Assembly (NCBI GenBank): GCA_964016885.1
Contig: OZ024751.1
Span: forward strand, 10,912,001-10,976,000
Direction of reading: 5' to 3'
DNA from: Eledone cirrhosa
Lineage: Eukaryota
DNA: 64,000 bases
In this document: one piece after another, positions 1-13,372 of the stretch
How the letters are laid out: each line of letters starts with the position of its first letter
Position numbering within the stretch: the first letter of the stretch is position 1
Program-made: the position numbers and the translations under genes
Notes under the pieces: generated by a model
Database searches by the model: none
What the model was told of the DNA's origin: nothing
What the model saw: only the letters and a program-made list of their open reading frames with translations

Positions 1-490
1 CAACAACAACAACAGTAACACCAACTCCAGGAACAACAACAACAACAGTAACACCAACTCCAGGAACAACAATAACAACAGTAACACCAACTCCAGGAAC
101 CACAATAACAACAACAGTAACACCAACTCCAGGAACCACAATAACAACAACAGTAACACCAACTCCAGGAACCACAATAACAACAACAGTAACACCAACT
201 CCAGAAACCACAATAACAACACTAACACCAACTCCAGGAACCACAATAACAACAACAATAACAACAGCAACAACAGTAACCAACTCTAGGAACAACAATA
301 ACAACAGCAACAACAGTAACCAACTCTAGGAACAACAATAACAACAGCAACAACAGTAACCAACTCTAGGAACAACAATAACAACAGCAACAACAGTAAC
401 CAACTCTAGGAACAACAATAACAATAACAACAGCAACAGTAACACCAACTCCAGGAACAACAATAACAATAACAACAACTATAACAGCAA
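1..490. repeat. AAC-rich minisatellite, ~36-39 bp unit (caacagtaacaccaactccaggaaccacaataacaa)
   Basis: Direct tandem repetition from the window start. Confidence 0.9.
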
Positions 491-1177
491 CACCTGCAAC
501 GATAACATTAGCAAGAACATGATGAACAACTGCGAAATCTTGAAAACAAAGAGAATAACAAGAACGATTAAAACGAAACAAGTTTTTAACAAAGAATGAC
601 AAGAAAAAACAACAAAGAAAAAATAAACCTTTAAAAAATAAAACGTAACAAATTCCCCCAAACTGGGGATATCTCCGAGGGTTAGTCATTGAGAAAGCCC
701 ACAAAAAGCCACAGTAACCTTGACTGCTAGGGCACGTGTCCTCTCTCAGTGGCCCTCCTCTAATTTACTGGCACATGCTCAGTTCAAGTTCATTCACTCG
801 GATCATACTCGTCTTTCTCACCCACATTTCATCAAACAGGCAACAAGGCAACATTTATCTTTCCACCCTGATTTTTCTCTTCAGGGGAAACCTGAAAAAG
901 TTAGGGTTAGGGTTAGGGCTTCGCCGAAGAGGAGAGTGCTTGTCTTCAACTCCTTCAAGCGCGTTCACCGCATGACCACTTTCGCCGTGACCACCGGGCG
1001 GATGAAACCTGCCTGTCCTTTCCCTCTAAAGGAAAAGGTAGGAGTGATCTTTACAATAGATACATCAGGTGTTCGACGTAAACCCACAAGTCAGCAATGC
1101 TCGGAAACTTGATCTGTGCGTGCAGGACGGTTTCGTCACTCACAGGCCCGACTGACGGCACACCCATGCCTGACAGT

Positions 1178-1343
1178 TTAACCTAACTGGCAAAACCCTC
1201 GATAGCATTGACAAGCTAGGAATTTTTGGAAGTTATCCATAAACTCTGGACTGAAAGTCCTCTGAAAAAGAGTGGCTAGTTGATTTTCGTCGACCTCTTG
1301 AGTCTCCTCAAGAACGTCGTCGTTTTTACCCGCCACTAAATAT
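1178..1343 (-). CDS. Candidate isolated (terminal?) coding exon, product unknown: (R)YLVAGKNDDVLEETQEVDENQLATLFQRTFSPEFMDNFQKFLACQCYRGFCQLG*
   Basis: Non-repetitive sequence. On the minus strand, ctttctatag is a good acceptor at 1344-1345. Only one frame is open after it, with protein-like composition. No homolog recognised. Confidence 0.25.
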
Positions 1344-1871
1344 CTATAGAAAGCTAAGGTGGAGTTTCCACCGATCGTATTCAACAAACACAACGAAAGC
1401 AACAGTAGCAATAACATTAACAGTAGTAACAATAAAAACAACAGCAAAGACAACAGTAACAACAGTACCCCTGACCATTAACAGCTACAATTACCGTTCC
1501 TGACTCTTCCATGAAAACACTGAGCCACCTCCACAACAAAAAATAAACTACACCTCCCAACACACCACCACCACCACCACCACCGCTATTAACAACAACT
1601 AGAATACAATACAGTTACAAAGCCCACACCTCGCTACACCACACCCCACATCAATACGCCTGCAACAACAACAACAATGACAACAACAGTACAATACAGT
1701 GAGTACCTCCTCACCACCACACGACACACCACATCAATACGCCACCACCGCTACCTGCAACAACTGTTCAATATAATAGTATAATACTGTTACAACTCCT
1801 TCCACCCCGACTAAACCCCACACCACACCAATACGCCACCAACAATACTAGTAACAGCAACAAGTCATTAT

Positions 1872-2052
1872 ATTGGCAGTATCGGTAGAGGGTCGGACGC
1901 CATGTTTTGAAGCATAGTTACCTCCCTTTATGGTCTGAGTTCAAATCCCGCCGAGGTTAACTTTGCCTTTCATCCTTACGGGGTCGATAAAATAAAGTAC
2001 CTGTAATGCACTGGGTATTGCTGGTCTTGTGCCAAAAAGTAGAAACATTATA
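1872..2052 (+). mobile_element. tRNA-derived SINE (octopus-type, Meta-like central domain)
   Basis: A-box-like tggcagtatcggtag, B-box gagttcaaatccc, central aactttgcctttcatccttacggggtcgataaaataaagtacc, 3' ttgtgcc..tagaaac-att tail. Many near-identical copies in the window. Confidence 0.85.
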
Positions 2053-2169
2053 ATTACCACAGTAACATCAACTGCTCAATACAGCTACAACACCCTCCTT
2101 CCCCCACAACACCCACTCCACACCAATATGCCACTAACGATACTAGCAACAACAACAACACTACACTAC

Positions 2170-5100
2170 AGTTACAATAACACCACCAACAACAATAACA
2201 CCACCAACAACAATAACACCATCAACAACAATAACACCACCAACAACAATAACACCACCAACAATAACACCACCAACAACTACAACACCAACAATAACAC
2301 CAACAACTATAACACCACCAACAACACCAACAACAACAACACCACCAACAACAATAACACCACCAACAACTACAACACCAACAATAACACCAACAACTAT
2401 AACACCACCAACAACACCAACAACAACAACACCACTAACAACAATAACAACACCAACAACTACAACACCAACAATAACACCAACAACTATAACACCACCA
2501 ACAACACCAACAACAACAACACCACCAACAACAATAACACCACCAACAACAATAACACCACCAACAACAATAACACCACCAACAACAATAACACCACCAA
2601 CAACAATAACACCACCAACAATAATAACACCACCAACAATAACACCACCAACAACTACAACACCACCAACAACTACAACACCAACAATAACACCACCACC
2701 AACAATAACACCACCACCAACAATAACACCACCACCAACAATAACACCACCACCAACAATAACACCACCACCAACAATAACACCAACAACAACAATAACA
2801 CCAACAACAACAATAACACCACCATCAACTATAACACCACCAACAACAATAACACCAACAACAATAACACCAACAACTACAACAACAACAACACCACCAA
2901 CAACAACAACACCACCAACAACAATAACACCAACAACAATAACACCACCAACAACAATAACACCACCAACAACAACACCACCATCAACAACACCAACAAC
3001 TACAACACCAACAACAACACCACCAACAACTACAACACCAACAACAACACCACCAACAACAACACCACCAACAACAATAACAACTACAACATCAACAATA
3101 ACACCACCATCAACAATAACACCACCATCAACAATAACAACACCAACAACTACAACACCAACAATAACACCACCATCAACAATAACAACTACAACACCAA
3201 CAATAACACCACCAACAACAATAACAACTACAACATCAACAATAACACCACCAACAACTACATCAACAATAACAACTACATCAACAATAACACCACCAAC
3301 AACAATAACACCACCATCAACAATAACACCACCAACAACAATAACAACTACAACATCAACAATAACACCACCATCAACAATAACATCACCAACAACAATA
3401 ACACCACCAACAACAATAACATCACCAACAACAACACCACCAACAACAATAACAAATACATCAACAATAACACCACCATCAACAACTACAACACCAACAA
3501 CAACAACACCACCAACAACTACATCAACAATAACACCAACAACATCAACAATAACAACACCATCAACAATAACACCACCATCAACAATAACAACATCAAC
3601 AATAACACCACCATCAACAATAACATCACCAACAACACCACCATCACCAACAACAACACCACCATCAACAATAACAACTACAACATCAACAATAACAACA
3701 CCATCAACAATAACACCACCATCAACAATAACAACAACAACAACAACACCACCAACAACAATAACAACTACAACATCAACAATAACACCACCATCAACAA
3801 TAACACCACCATCAACAATAACACCACCAACAACAACACCACCATCAACAATAACAACTACAACATCAACAATAACACCACCATCAACAATAACACCACC
3901 AACAACAATAACACCACCAACAACAATAACAACTACAACATCAACAATAACACCACCATCAACAATAACAACTACAACATCAACAATAACACCACCATCA
4001 ACAATAACACCACCATCAACAATAACACCACCAACAACAACACCACCAACAACAATAACAACTACAACATCAACAATAACACCACCATCAACAATAACAC
4101 CACCAACAACAATAACATCACCAACAACAACACCACCATCAACAATAACACCATCAACAATAACATCACCAACAACAATAACACCACCAACAACAACACC
4201 ACCAACAACAATAACAACTACAACATCAACAATAACACCACCATCAACAATAACACCACCAACAACAATAACATCACCAACAACAACACCACCATCAACA
4301 ATAACACCACCATCAACAATAACATCACCATCAACAATAACATCACCAACAACAATAACAAATACAACATCAACAATAACATCACCAACAACAATAACAA
4401 CTACAACATCAACAATAACACCACCATCAACACTAACATCACCAACAACAATAACATCACCAACAACAATAACACCACCAACAACAATAACACCACCAAC
4501 AACAATAACACCACCAACAACAATAACATCACCACCAACAACAATAACAACATCAACAATAACACCACCATCAACAATAACATCACCAACAACAATAACA
4601 CCACCAACAACAATAACACCACCAACAACAATAACACCACCAACAACAATAACATCACCACCAACAACAATAACAACATCAACAATAACACCACCAACAA
4701 CAATAACATCACCAACAACAACACCACCAACAACAATAACAAATACAACATCAACAATAACACCACCAACAACAATAACAACTACAACATCAACAATAAC
4801 ACCACCATCAACAATAACATCACCAACAACAATAACACCACCAACAACAATAACAACTACAACATCAACAATAACACCACCAACAACAATAACAAATACA
4901 ACATCAACAATAACACCACCATCAACAATAACACCACCATCAACAATAACATCACCAACAACAATAACATCACCAACAACAATAACAACTACAACATCAA
5001 CAATAACACCACCAACAACAATAACACCACCAACAACAATAACACCACCATCAACAATAACACCACCATCAACAATAACACCACCAACAACAATAACATC

Positions 5101-6125
5101 ACCAACAACAATAACACCACCATCAACAATAACACCACCAACAACAACACCACCATCAACAATAACAACTAGAACATCAACAATAACACCACCAACAACT
5201 ACAACACCAACAATAACACCACCATCAACAATAACACCACCAACAACTACAACACCAACAATAACACCACCATCAACAATAACACCACCAACAACAATAA
5301 CAACTACAACAATAACACCACCATCAATAACAACTACAACATCAACAATAACACCACCAACAACTACAACACCAACAATAACACCACCATCAACAATAAC
5401 ACCAACAATAACACCACCATCAACAATAACACCACCATCAACAATAACACCACCAACAACAATAACAACTACAACAATAACACCACCACCATCAACAATA
5501 ACAACTACAACATCAACAATAACACCACCAACAACTACAACACCAACAATAACACCACCATCAACAATAACACCACCAACAACTACAACACCAACAATAA
5601 CACCACCATCAACAATAACACCACCAACAACAATAACAACTACAACAATAACACCATCAACAATAACAACTACAACATCAACAATAACACCACCAACAAC
5701 TACAACACCAACAATAACACCACCAACAACAATAACAACTACAACATCAACAATAACACCACCATCAACAACAACACCACCAACAACAACACCACCATCA
5801 ACAATAACAACTACAACATCAACAATAACACCACCATCAACAATAACACCAGCAACAACAACACCACCAACAACAATAACAACTACAACATCAACAATAA
5901 CACCACCATCAACAATAACATCACCAACAACAATAACACCACCAACAACAATAACATCACCAACAACAACACCACCAACAACAATAACAAATACAACATC
6001 AACAATAACACCACCAACAACAATAACAACTACAACATCAACAATAACACCACCATCAACAATAACACCACCATCAACAATAACACTAACAACAACAACA
6101 ATAACAACAACAACACCACCAACAC
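2170..6125. repeat. ~4 kb degenerate (AAC/ACC/AAT) trinucleotide-based satellite
   Basis: Continuous aacaataacaccaccaac-type repeats. Source of the spurious 1047-aa N/T/I ORF. Confidence 0.95.
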
Positions 6126-6714
6126 CAATAGCTGTTCAATACAACAGAACAGTTACAACCCCCCCCCCCCTCACCACTTCGCCCCCACACCACAGTAATA
6201 CGCCACCAACGCTACTAGTAACAACAACAATAGTAACAATACAACAACGATGACAACACCAACAACACCAACAACTGTTCAATATCATAATACAATACAG
6301 TTACGACTCTCTCCGCCACTATATCCAACACTACACCAGTACGCCACCACCACCACCACCACCACCACCACCACCACCGCTACTAACAACAACAGTACAC
6401 TACAGTTACTACAGTAACAACAACAACAGCAACCACTGTTCAATACATTGATAGGTTCATTGTATGATGAAGAGCGGACTAAAGGTTGCAACAGTGTAGG
6501 TAAATATTTAAAGAACAATATGAAAGCCAAGGTTTCGAACACCTTAAACAATGTTAAACAATAGATATGTGGATATAAATTAGACCTGACGATAGTCATG
6601 GGGTCGACAGAGAAAGACAAAAGAAAAACAAGCACACTGACCGGAAAAAGAAGAAAAAAACAAACAAAGAAATGAATGCAGGTAGTAAGATAAAAAGAAC
6701 AGCGAGAAAAAAAA

Positions 6715-6965
6715 CTATATATATATATATATATGTTTGTGTGTGTGTGTGCGCGTATATGTATATATATATATATACATATATACATACGTATTTTTAT
6801 GTGTATGTGTATATGTGTATATATATGCGTATGTATATGCATATGTGTATGTATGTATGCATATGTGTATGTATGTATGTGTGTATATATGTATTTGTGT
6901 GTATGTGTATATATGTGTTTGTGTGAATGTATATTATATATATATATCTGTATATACATATACAG

Positions 6966-6997
<32 letters not shown>

Positions 6998-7060
6998 CAT
7001 TCACACACACATATATACACATACACACAAATACATATATACACATACATATATGCATAT

Positions 7061-7108
<48 letters not shown>
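6715..7108. repeat. Compound (TA)n/(TG)n/(CA)n microsatellite
   Basis: Dinucleotide runs. Confidence 0.9.
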
Positions 7109-7112
<4 letters not shown>

Positions 7113-7417
7113 TGAAACAAAATGAAAACGAAATTTCATTTCTCACTCTTAGTATGGCACTTACTTAAATGTAAGTATGCATGTATACGTACATACATAT
7201 ATGTATACAGACGTACAGTAGCATGCACATATATATATATATATATACATATATACATACATATGCATACAGGTACACATACATATATGCACGTATCAGT
7301 TTAGCGGCGCTTATTATAACGTCGCTTTGTTCGTTTGTAAACAAACTGAACAGCCTGGATTTATGCCATACGGTGTTAAGGCAACCACGTCACCTTTTTG
7401 TTCAACACTGACACAGG

Positions 7418-7462
7418 AACGATGTACTAGTTTCAAGCTTGTTAGCTATCATCAGCACCGTT
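7418..7462 (-). ncRNA. Minimal type I hammerhead ribozyme
   Basis: Minus strand: aacggtg-CTGATGA-tagct aaca agctt-GAAA-ctag-TA-catcgtt. 7-bp stem I, intact core, palindromic helix III, UA cleavage site. Confidence 0.85.
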
Positions 7463-7889
7463 TACCCATCTGCCAGATAGTTGAACGTTCGAAAGTATAT
7501 ACTTTCCTTATGAAAATTAACGGCTGAGCAGCCTAATTTGCATATTGAGTGAGTTAAATCGGTCAGGCATACCGAAAACGATAAATTGAAACAAAATGAA
7601 AACGAAATTTCATTTCTCACTCTTAGTATGGCACTTACTTAAATGTAAGTATGCATGTATACGTACATACATATATGTATACAGACGTACAGTAGCATGC
7701 ACATATATATATATATATACATATATACATACATATGCATACAGGTACACATACATATATGCACGTATCAGTTTAGCGGCGCTTATTATAACGTCGCTTT
7801 GTTCGTTTGTAAACAAACTTAACAGCCTGGATTTATGCCATACGGTGTTAAGGCAACCACGTCACCTTTTTGTTCAACACTGACACAGG

Positions 7890-7934
7890 AACGATGTACT
7901 AGTTTCAAGCTTGTTAGCTATCATCAGCACCGTT
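7890..7934 (-). ncRNA. Minimal type I hammerhead ribozyme (second tandem copy)
   Basis: Identical to 7418-7462, 472 bp away. Confidence 0.85.
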
Positions 7935-8400
7935 TACCCATCTGCCAGATAGTTGAACGTTCGAAAGTATATACTTTCCTTATGAAAATTAACGGCTGAG
8001 CAGCCTAATTTGCATATTGAGTGAGTTAAATCGGTCAGGCATACCGAAAACGATAAATTGAAACAAAATGAAAACGAAATTTCATTTCTCACTCTTAGTA
8101 TGGCACTTACTTAAATGTAAGTATGCATGTATACGTACATGCCTTAACACCGTATGGCATAAATCCAGGCTGTTCAGTTTGTTTACAAACGAACAAAGCG
8201 ACGTTATAATAAGCGCCGCTAAACTGATACGTGCATATATGTATGTGTACCTGTATGCATATGTATGTATATATGTATATATATATATATATGTGCATGC
8301 TACTGTACGTCTGTATACATATATGTATGTACGTATACATGCATACTTACATTTATATATATATATATATATATATAAATCATTATTTTGGGTTAAGAGG

Positions 8401-8520
8401 TTGAGTTCAAATCCCGCCGAGGTTGACTTTGCCCTTCATCCTTACGTGGTCGATAAAATAAAGTACCAGTAATACACTGAGATAATTGCTGGCCTTGTGC
8501 CAAAAGTAGAAACAATTATT
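8401..8520 (+). mobile_element. 5'-truncated tRNA-SINE (same family as 1872)
   Basis: B-box plus central domain and tail. Confidence 0.8.
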
Positions 8521-8529
8521 TTTAGTTAA

Positions 8530-8722
8530 GAGGCGGTGGATTGGCAGTACCGGTAGAGGGTCGGGCGCCATGCTTTGACGCATAGTTACGGCCCTTGCCA
8601 TTCTGAGTTCAAATCCCGCCGAGGTTAACTTTGCCTTTCATCCTTACAGGGTTGATAAAATAAAGTACCAGTAATGCGCTGGGTAATTGCTGGCGTTGTG
8701 CCAACAGTAGAAACAATTATTA
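8530..8722 (+). mobile_element. Full-length tRNA-SINE
   Basis: ggcggtggattggcagtaccggtaga...gagttcaaatccc...tagaaacaattatt. Confidence 0.85.
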
Positions 8723-8772
8723 TCATGATATATATGATGAAGCCATACAAGAACCGTATGTTCCTGGTATAT

Positions 8773-8986
8773 AATTGTTTCTACTTTAGGCACAAGGCCA
8801 GCAATCACCCAGTACATTACTGGTACTTTATTTTATCGACCCCGTAAGGATGAAAGGCAAAGTTAACCTCGGCGGGATTTGAACTCAGAATGTAAAGGGA
8901 CGTAACTATGCTAGAAAGTATGGCGTCCAACCCTCTACCGATACTGCCAATTCACCGCCTTTTGATGTCCAACCCTCTACCGATAC
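8773..8986 (-). mobile_element. Full-length tRNA-SINE with 15-bp target-site duplication
   Basis: Reverse complement of the family. ttcctggtatataat occurs at 8761-8775 and 8988-9002. Confidence 0.85.
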
Positions 8987-9156
8987 ATTCCTGGTATATA
9001 ATGTTTTAAAACTCACCCTGCTGACTTGAGTTGATGTGTGCCTTTATTTTCGCTACAAATTTATTACCACTATATTTCCTTATTTTATATATATAATATA
9101 TATATATATATAATAAGGAAATACGAAGAGGTTTAGATGTTAAGGTCCTTTATTGA

Positions 9157-9240
9157 TAAGGCCAGGATACTTATTTAAATGACGACAGTGGCCACGCGAT
9201 TCGGCGAAGTACCCACTGCCTTGATCTCATCAGACAGCTT
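9157..9240 (-). ncRNA. Decayed hammerhead motif
   Basis: Minus strand: CTGATGA, then stem II (ggcagtgg/ccactgtc), TAAA in place of GAAA, taagta, TC. Followed by AATAAA and a TA tract. Stem I is poor. Confidence 0.4.
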
Positions 9241-9912
9241 CTTACATAATAAGATTACTATTAGGAGGTAATCCTAAATTGAAGTGACAAGGGAACGGAC
9301 ATACACGATGTTCATGAAGCGGATGCCCGAATATATATATACACATACACATATATATATATACACACACGCACACAAATATATGAGTAAAGTCAGCAAC
9401 CATCCCACCGAAAAAAACAACAACAAAAATAAGTATAACACGAGTGAACAATACAATAAAATGACGGTTTTTACGTTTGACAGAGTTTGAAGAGTTGAAA
9501 AAGAGATTTAAAGTTTCCGATGCTAGTCCTTCATCGGAAGATAGTACGAGACAGACAGAGAGGGAGAAGATGTTTGGGAGAGAGGGGAGAGGATGTTTGG
9601 GAGAGAGAAATAGAAAAAAGGAAGATAGACTATAGTAAAAAAAAAGTAAAATGTTCGAAAGAGATAAACCCATCACATTACATATGCTTAATTGTATTCT
9701 TATTCATTTAGACTATGACTTCTTCGTGTCTGTTGACTCTGGCTATGCTGGGGTATCGCCTTGGTCATATAGACCCCCCCCCCCCCCAATATCTATTTTT
9801 TCATGTTTGGTAATTCATTTATCCCTCTTTTCTTAATCGAACCGCTTGGTTACGGCATATAAACATACACACACACACATATACATACATAAGATTCTGG
9901 TTTTGTTTAAGT

Positions 9913-10032
9913 ATCAACTCTGATGAGCAGATTGGGTCTGAAAGTGTGGTAAGAAACCAGGTGGACCATAACACGTTCGGATCTAGTTGTCGAAACGGCC
10001 GGAGCTCAGCCGTCGGAGTCCTGACTCTTTTC
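9913..10032 (+). ncRNA. Hammerhead motif with long stem II and GUC site (family also at 11531-11590 and 62947-63143)
   Basis: CTGATGA at 9920-9926. attgggtctgaa pairs with ttcggatctagt. GAAA at 9992, stem III acggc/gccgt, GTC at 10012-10014. Stem I is weak. Ends at a TA tract. Confidence 0.55.
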
Positions 10033-10309
10033 ATATATATATACATATATATCCCCCCCCCCACATATATATATACACGCACACATACACACACACACAT
10101 ACACATATATATATGTATGTGTGTATATATATATATATATATATGTGTGTATGTCAGGAAAAACAGACAAAATGTGATTGGAAAAACATATCAAATAATA
10201 CATTCTAACACGAGTTTCATCATCGAGTGGCGTAGCATATATAAGAATCAAATGAAAAGAACAATCAACCCATCATGTAGAAGTTGAATATATCTATATA
10301 TTTATAAGA

Positions 10310-10462
10310 CGGGTTTCTGCTGTTTTCGTCTATCAAATTGGAATCAAAAGACATCGGCCAATCTGAGACTATTGTAGAAGACACTTTCCAAGGTTCCGAG
10401 CTGTGAGACCGATCTCAGACCTATGTAGTTGCGAAGCAAACACCTAAACCACTCACCATATC
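10310..10462 (-). mobile_element. Degenerate tRNA-SINE, second family
   Basis: gtagaagacactttccaagg...gcgaagcaaacacctaaaccactc reads as a reverse-complement tRNA head with a ttggaaagtgtcttctac body. Confidence 0.55.
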
Positions 10463-10771
10463 TCCCTTTACATTTGTAGTCTCCAAAATCAATTTAGAGG
10501 CAAACTCTGCGGCGTCATTCCTTTCGGCTCAAGTACTTGTTTACAATTTCACTTGTTTACAATTCACCTATTTCATCTTCAAAGCCAATGACCCATTATC
10601 GATCTCTGCCCTATCTATAATTATATCTTTATTTTTAATACTACACAAATTAAAAGGATGTTTTCCGGGGTTTATTTACAGTACCCCTTGCTATTTCGTT
10701 CTACCAGTTCATTCTAACTTTCTCTTAAATATAAATAATTATAATAGGCTTTTAGCTGATGTAACTAAATT

Positions 10772-10817
<46 letters not shown>

Positions 10818-10914
10818 TACAAGCGTGGATACACACTCGCATTTATATTTATCCTGAAAACGCGTCGCATAGTGGTTAGGATGGTCATGATGGTAAGGTT
10901 GTGAGTTCACGCAC

Positions 10915-10959
<45 letters not shown>

Positions 10960-10988
10960 AAAGAATAGAGGTGTAACACACAAGTTAT

Positions 10989-11358
10989 TATATATTGGTA
11001 AACGGAATAGAAAATGCTGACAAATTGTTCACAGTGAAAAATAGTTTAATTAGGAATAAGTGAGAATTAGTAATTGTATTGGTTAGTATTCAGTTTTGGT
11101 TTTAAGTTTTACCGGTTGCGCATTTCTAATGCTTTTCAAAAATAATTTTGAGATAGAGCGTCCGTGATGTTTGCAGATCGGAGCAAACATCACGGACGCT
11201 CTATCTCAAAATTATTTTTGAAAAGCATTAGAAATGCGCAACCGGTAAAACTTAAAACCAAAACTGAATACTAACCAATACAATTACTAATTCTCACTTA
11301 TACCTAATTAAACTATTTTTCACTGTGAACAATTTGTCAGCATTTTCTATTCCGTTTA

Positions 11359-11368
<10 letters not shown>
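10989..11368. repeat. Near-perfect palindrome (186-bp arms, 8-nt loop at 11175-11182) with a variant HHR-like motif in each arm
   Basis: Arms are reverse complements with one mismatch (11055/11302). The right end runs into (TA)n. Confidence 0.95.
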
Positions 11369-11390
<22 letters not shown>

Positions 11391-11487
11391 ACACAGACGA
11401 GCGCGCGCGCACGCCCCCCCCCATATATGAAATCATACTCTACTAACCCAAGTATCGAGTGCTCAGTTTCAAACTCAACCCATGCTG

Positions 11488-11522
<35 letters not shown>

Positions 11523-11658
11523 ATATATATGAAAAGATTACGGACGCCGACGACTGAGCTCCGGCTGTTTCGACAGCTAGGTCCGTTATACAAATGTATA
11601 TACTATATATACTATATATATATATATATTAATTACATAATAAACAACACAATATAAT

Positions 11659-11732
11659 TATTCCATTACCAAAGGTTTCAAGAAACTAGACGATTCTTAC
11701 ACAAGCATCCAGCCCATTTATCAGATGAAATA
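11659..11732 (-). ncRNA. Hammerhead motif with G8A change (probably decayed)
   Basis: Minus strand: tatttcat-CTGATAA-long stem II (gggctggatg/cgtctagttt)-GAAA-cc ttt gg-TA-atggaata. 8-bp stem I. Confidence 0.65.
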
Positions 11733-11929
11733 GTTATGTTTTGGATATAAATTTTGATATTGATATGTATTAAACATGAAAGTGAGGCTGAGTTGAAATA
11801 ACATCTTATAACGGAAAAAATATACACATACAAATATATATACATACACACACACATACATAAAACCAGATGCGCGCATCTATACATACATCCATATATA
11901 CGCTCTTACGTAGATAGATAAGCGCATCA

Positions 11930-12179
11930 ATCACATATATAGTCACACACACACACACATACATACATAGACATATATATATATATATATATATGTATAG
12001 ATACATACACACACATATACATACATATATATAATTATATATGTATGTGTGTATATATATATGTTTATTTATATATGTGTATATATATATATTTATTTAT
12101 ATATATATATATTTATTTATATATGTATATATTTATTTATATATGTATATATTTATTTATATACGTATATATTTATTTA

Positions 12180-12210
<31 letters not shown>

Positions 12211-12387
12211 ATGTATATATATATATACTTATTTATATTTGTATATATATATATATTTATTTATATATGAATATATATATATTTATTTATATATGAATAT
12301 ATATATATTTATTTATATATGTATATATTTATATATGTATTTATATATGTATATATTTATATATGTATTTATATATGTATATATTTA

Positions 12388-12418
<31 letters not shown>

Positions 12419-12495
12419 ATGTATGTATATATATATATTTATATATGTATGTATATATATATTTATTTATATATGTATATATATATATAAATTTA

Positions 12496-12573
<78 letters not shown>

Positions 12574-12737
12574 GACACACACACATATATATATATATAT
12601 ACACACACAGACACACACATATATATATATATATACACACACAGACACACACATATATATATATATATACACACACAGACACACACATATATATATATAC
12701 ACACAGACACACACACACATATACATATATATATACG

Positions 12738-12769
<32 letters not shown>

Positions 12770-12997
12770 CACACACACATACATATCTATATACACACAC
12801 ACACATGTATATATATATATGTATGTGTTTGTATATATATATATATATGTGTGTTTGTATATGTGTGTTTGTATATATATATATGTGTGTTTGTATATAT
12901 ATATATGTGTGTTTGTATATATATATATGTGTGTCTATATATATATATATGTGTGTGTGTATATATATATTTATATATATATATATATCTATATATA

Positions 12998-13072
<75 letters not shown>

Positions 13073-13079
13073 GTGTATA

Positions 13080-13120
<41 letters not shown>

Positions 13121-13161
13121 ATATATATATATATATATGTGTGTGTATATATATATGTGTA

Positions 13162-13202
<41 letters not shown>

Positions 13203-13291
13203 ATATATATATGTATGTGTGTGTATATATATATGTATGTGTGTGTATATATATATATGTGTGTGTGTGTGTGTATATATATGTGTGTGTG

Positions 13292-13372
<81 letters not shown>

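Larger units (their letters stand above)
7107..8355 (-). mobile_element. HHR-bearing tandem element (retrozyme / Penelope pLTR-like): units start at 7107, 7581 and 8053 (partial), followed by an inverted copy at 8141-8355
   Basis: Near-identical 474/472-bp direct repeats. 8141-8355 is the reverse complement of ~7166-7382. (TA)n on both flanks. One HHR per full unit. Confidence 0.85.

Noticed and set aside
900-918. Telomere
   Set aside because: Only three TTAGGG units, and they are interstitial.
2029-5172. 1047-aa Asn/Thr/Ile ORF
   Set aside because: Translation of an AAC-type trinucleotide satellite. It starts inside a SINE and the repeat continues past the stop.
6459-6593. Possible C/D-box snoRNA (ATGATGA...CTGA with a 4-bp terminal stem)
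   Set aside because: No recognisable rRNA antisense element or C'/D' boxes. Such boxes occur easily by chance.
11175-11182. Palindrome loop agatcgga equals the start of the Illumina adapter
   Set aside because: Only 8 nt match, the arms have a mismatch, and the other palindromes have different centres. Probably chance, though raw reads should be checked.
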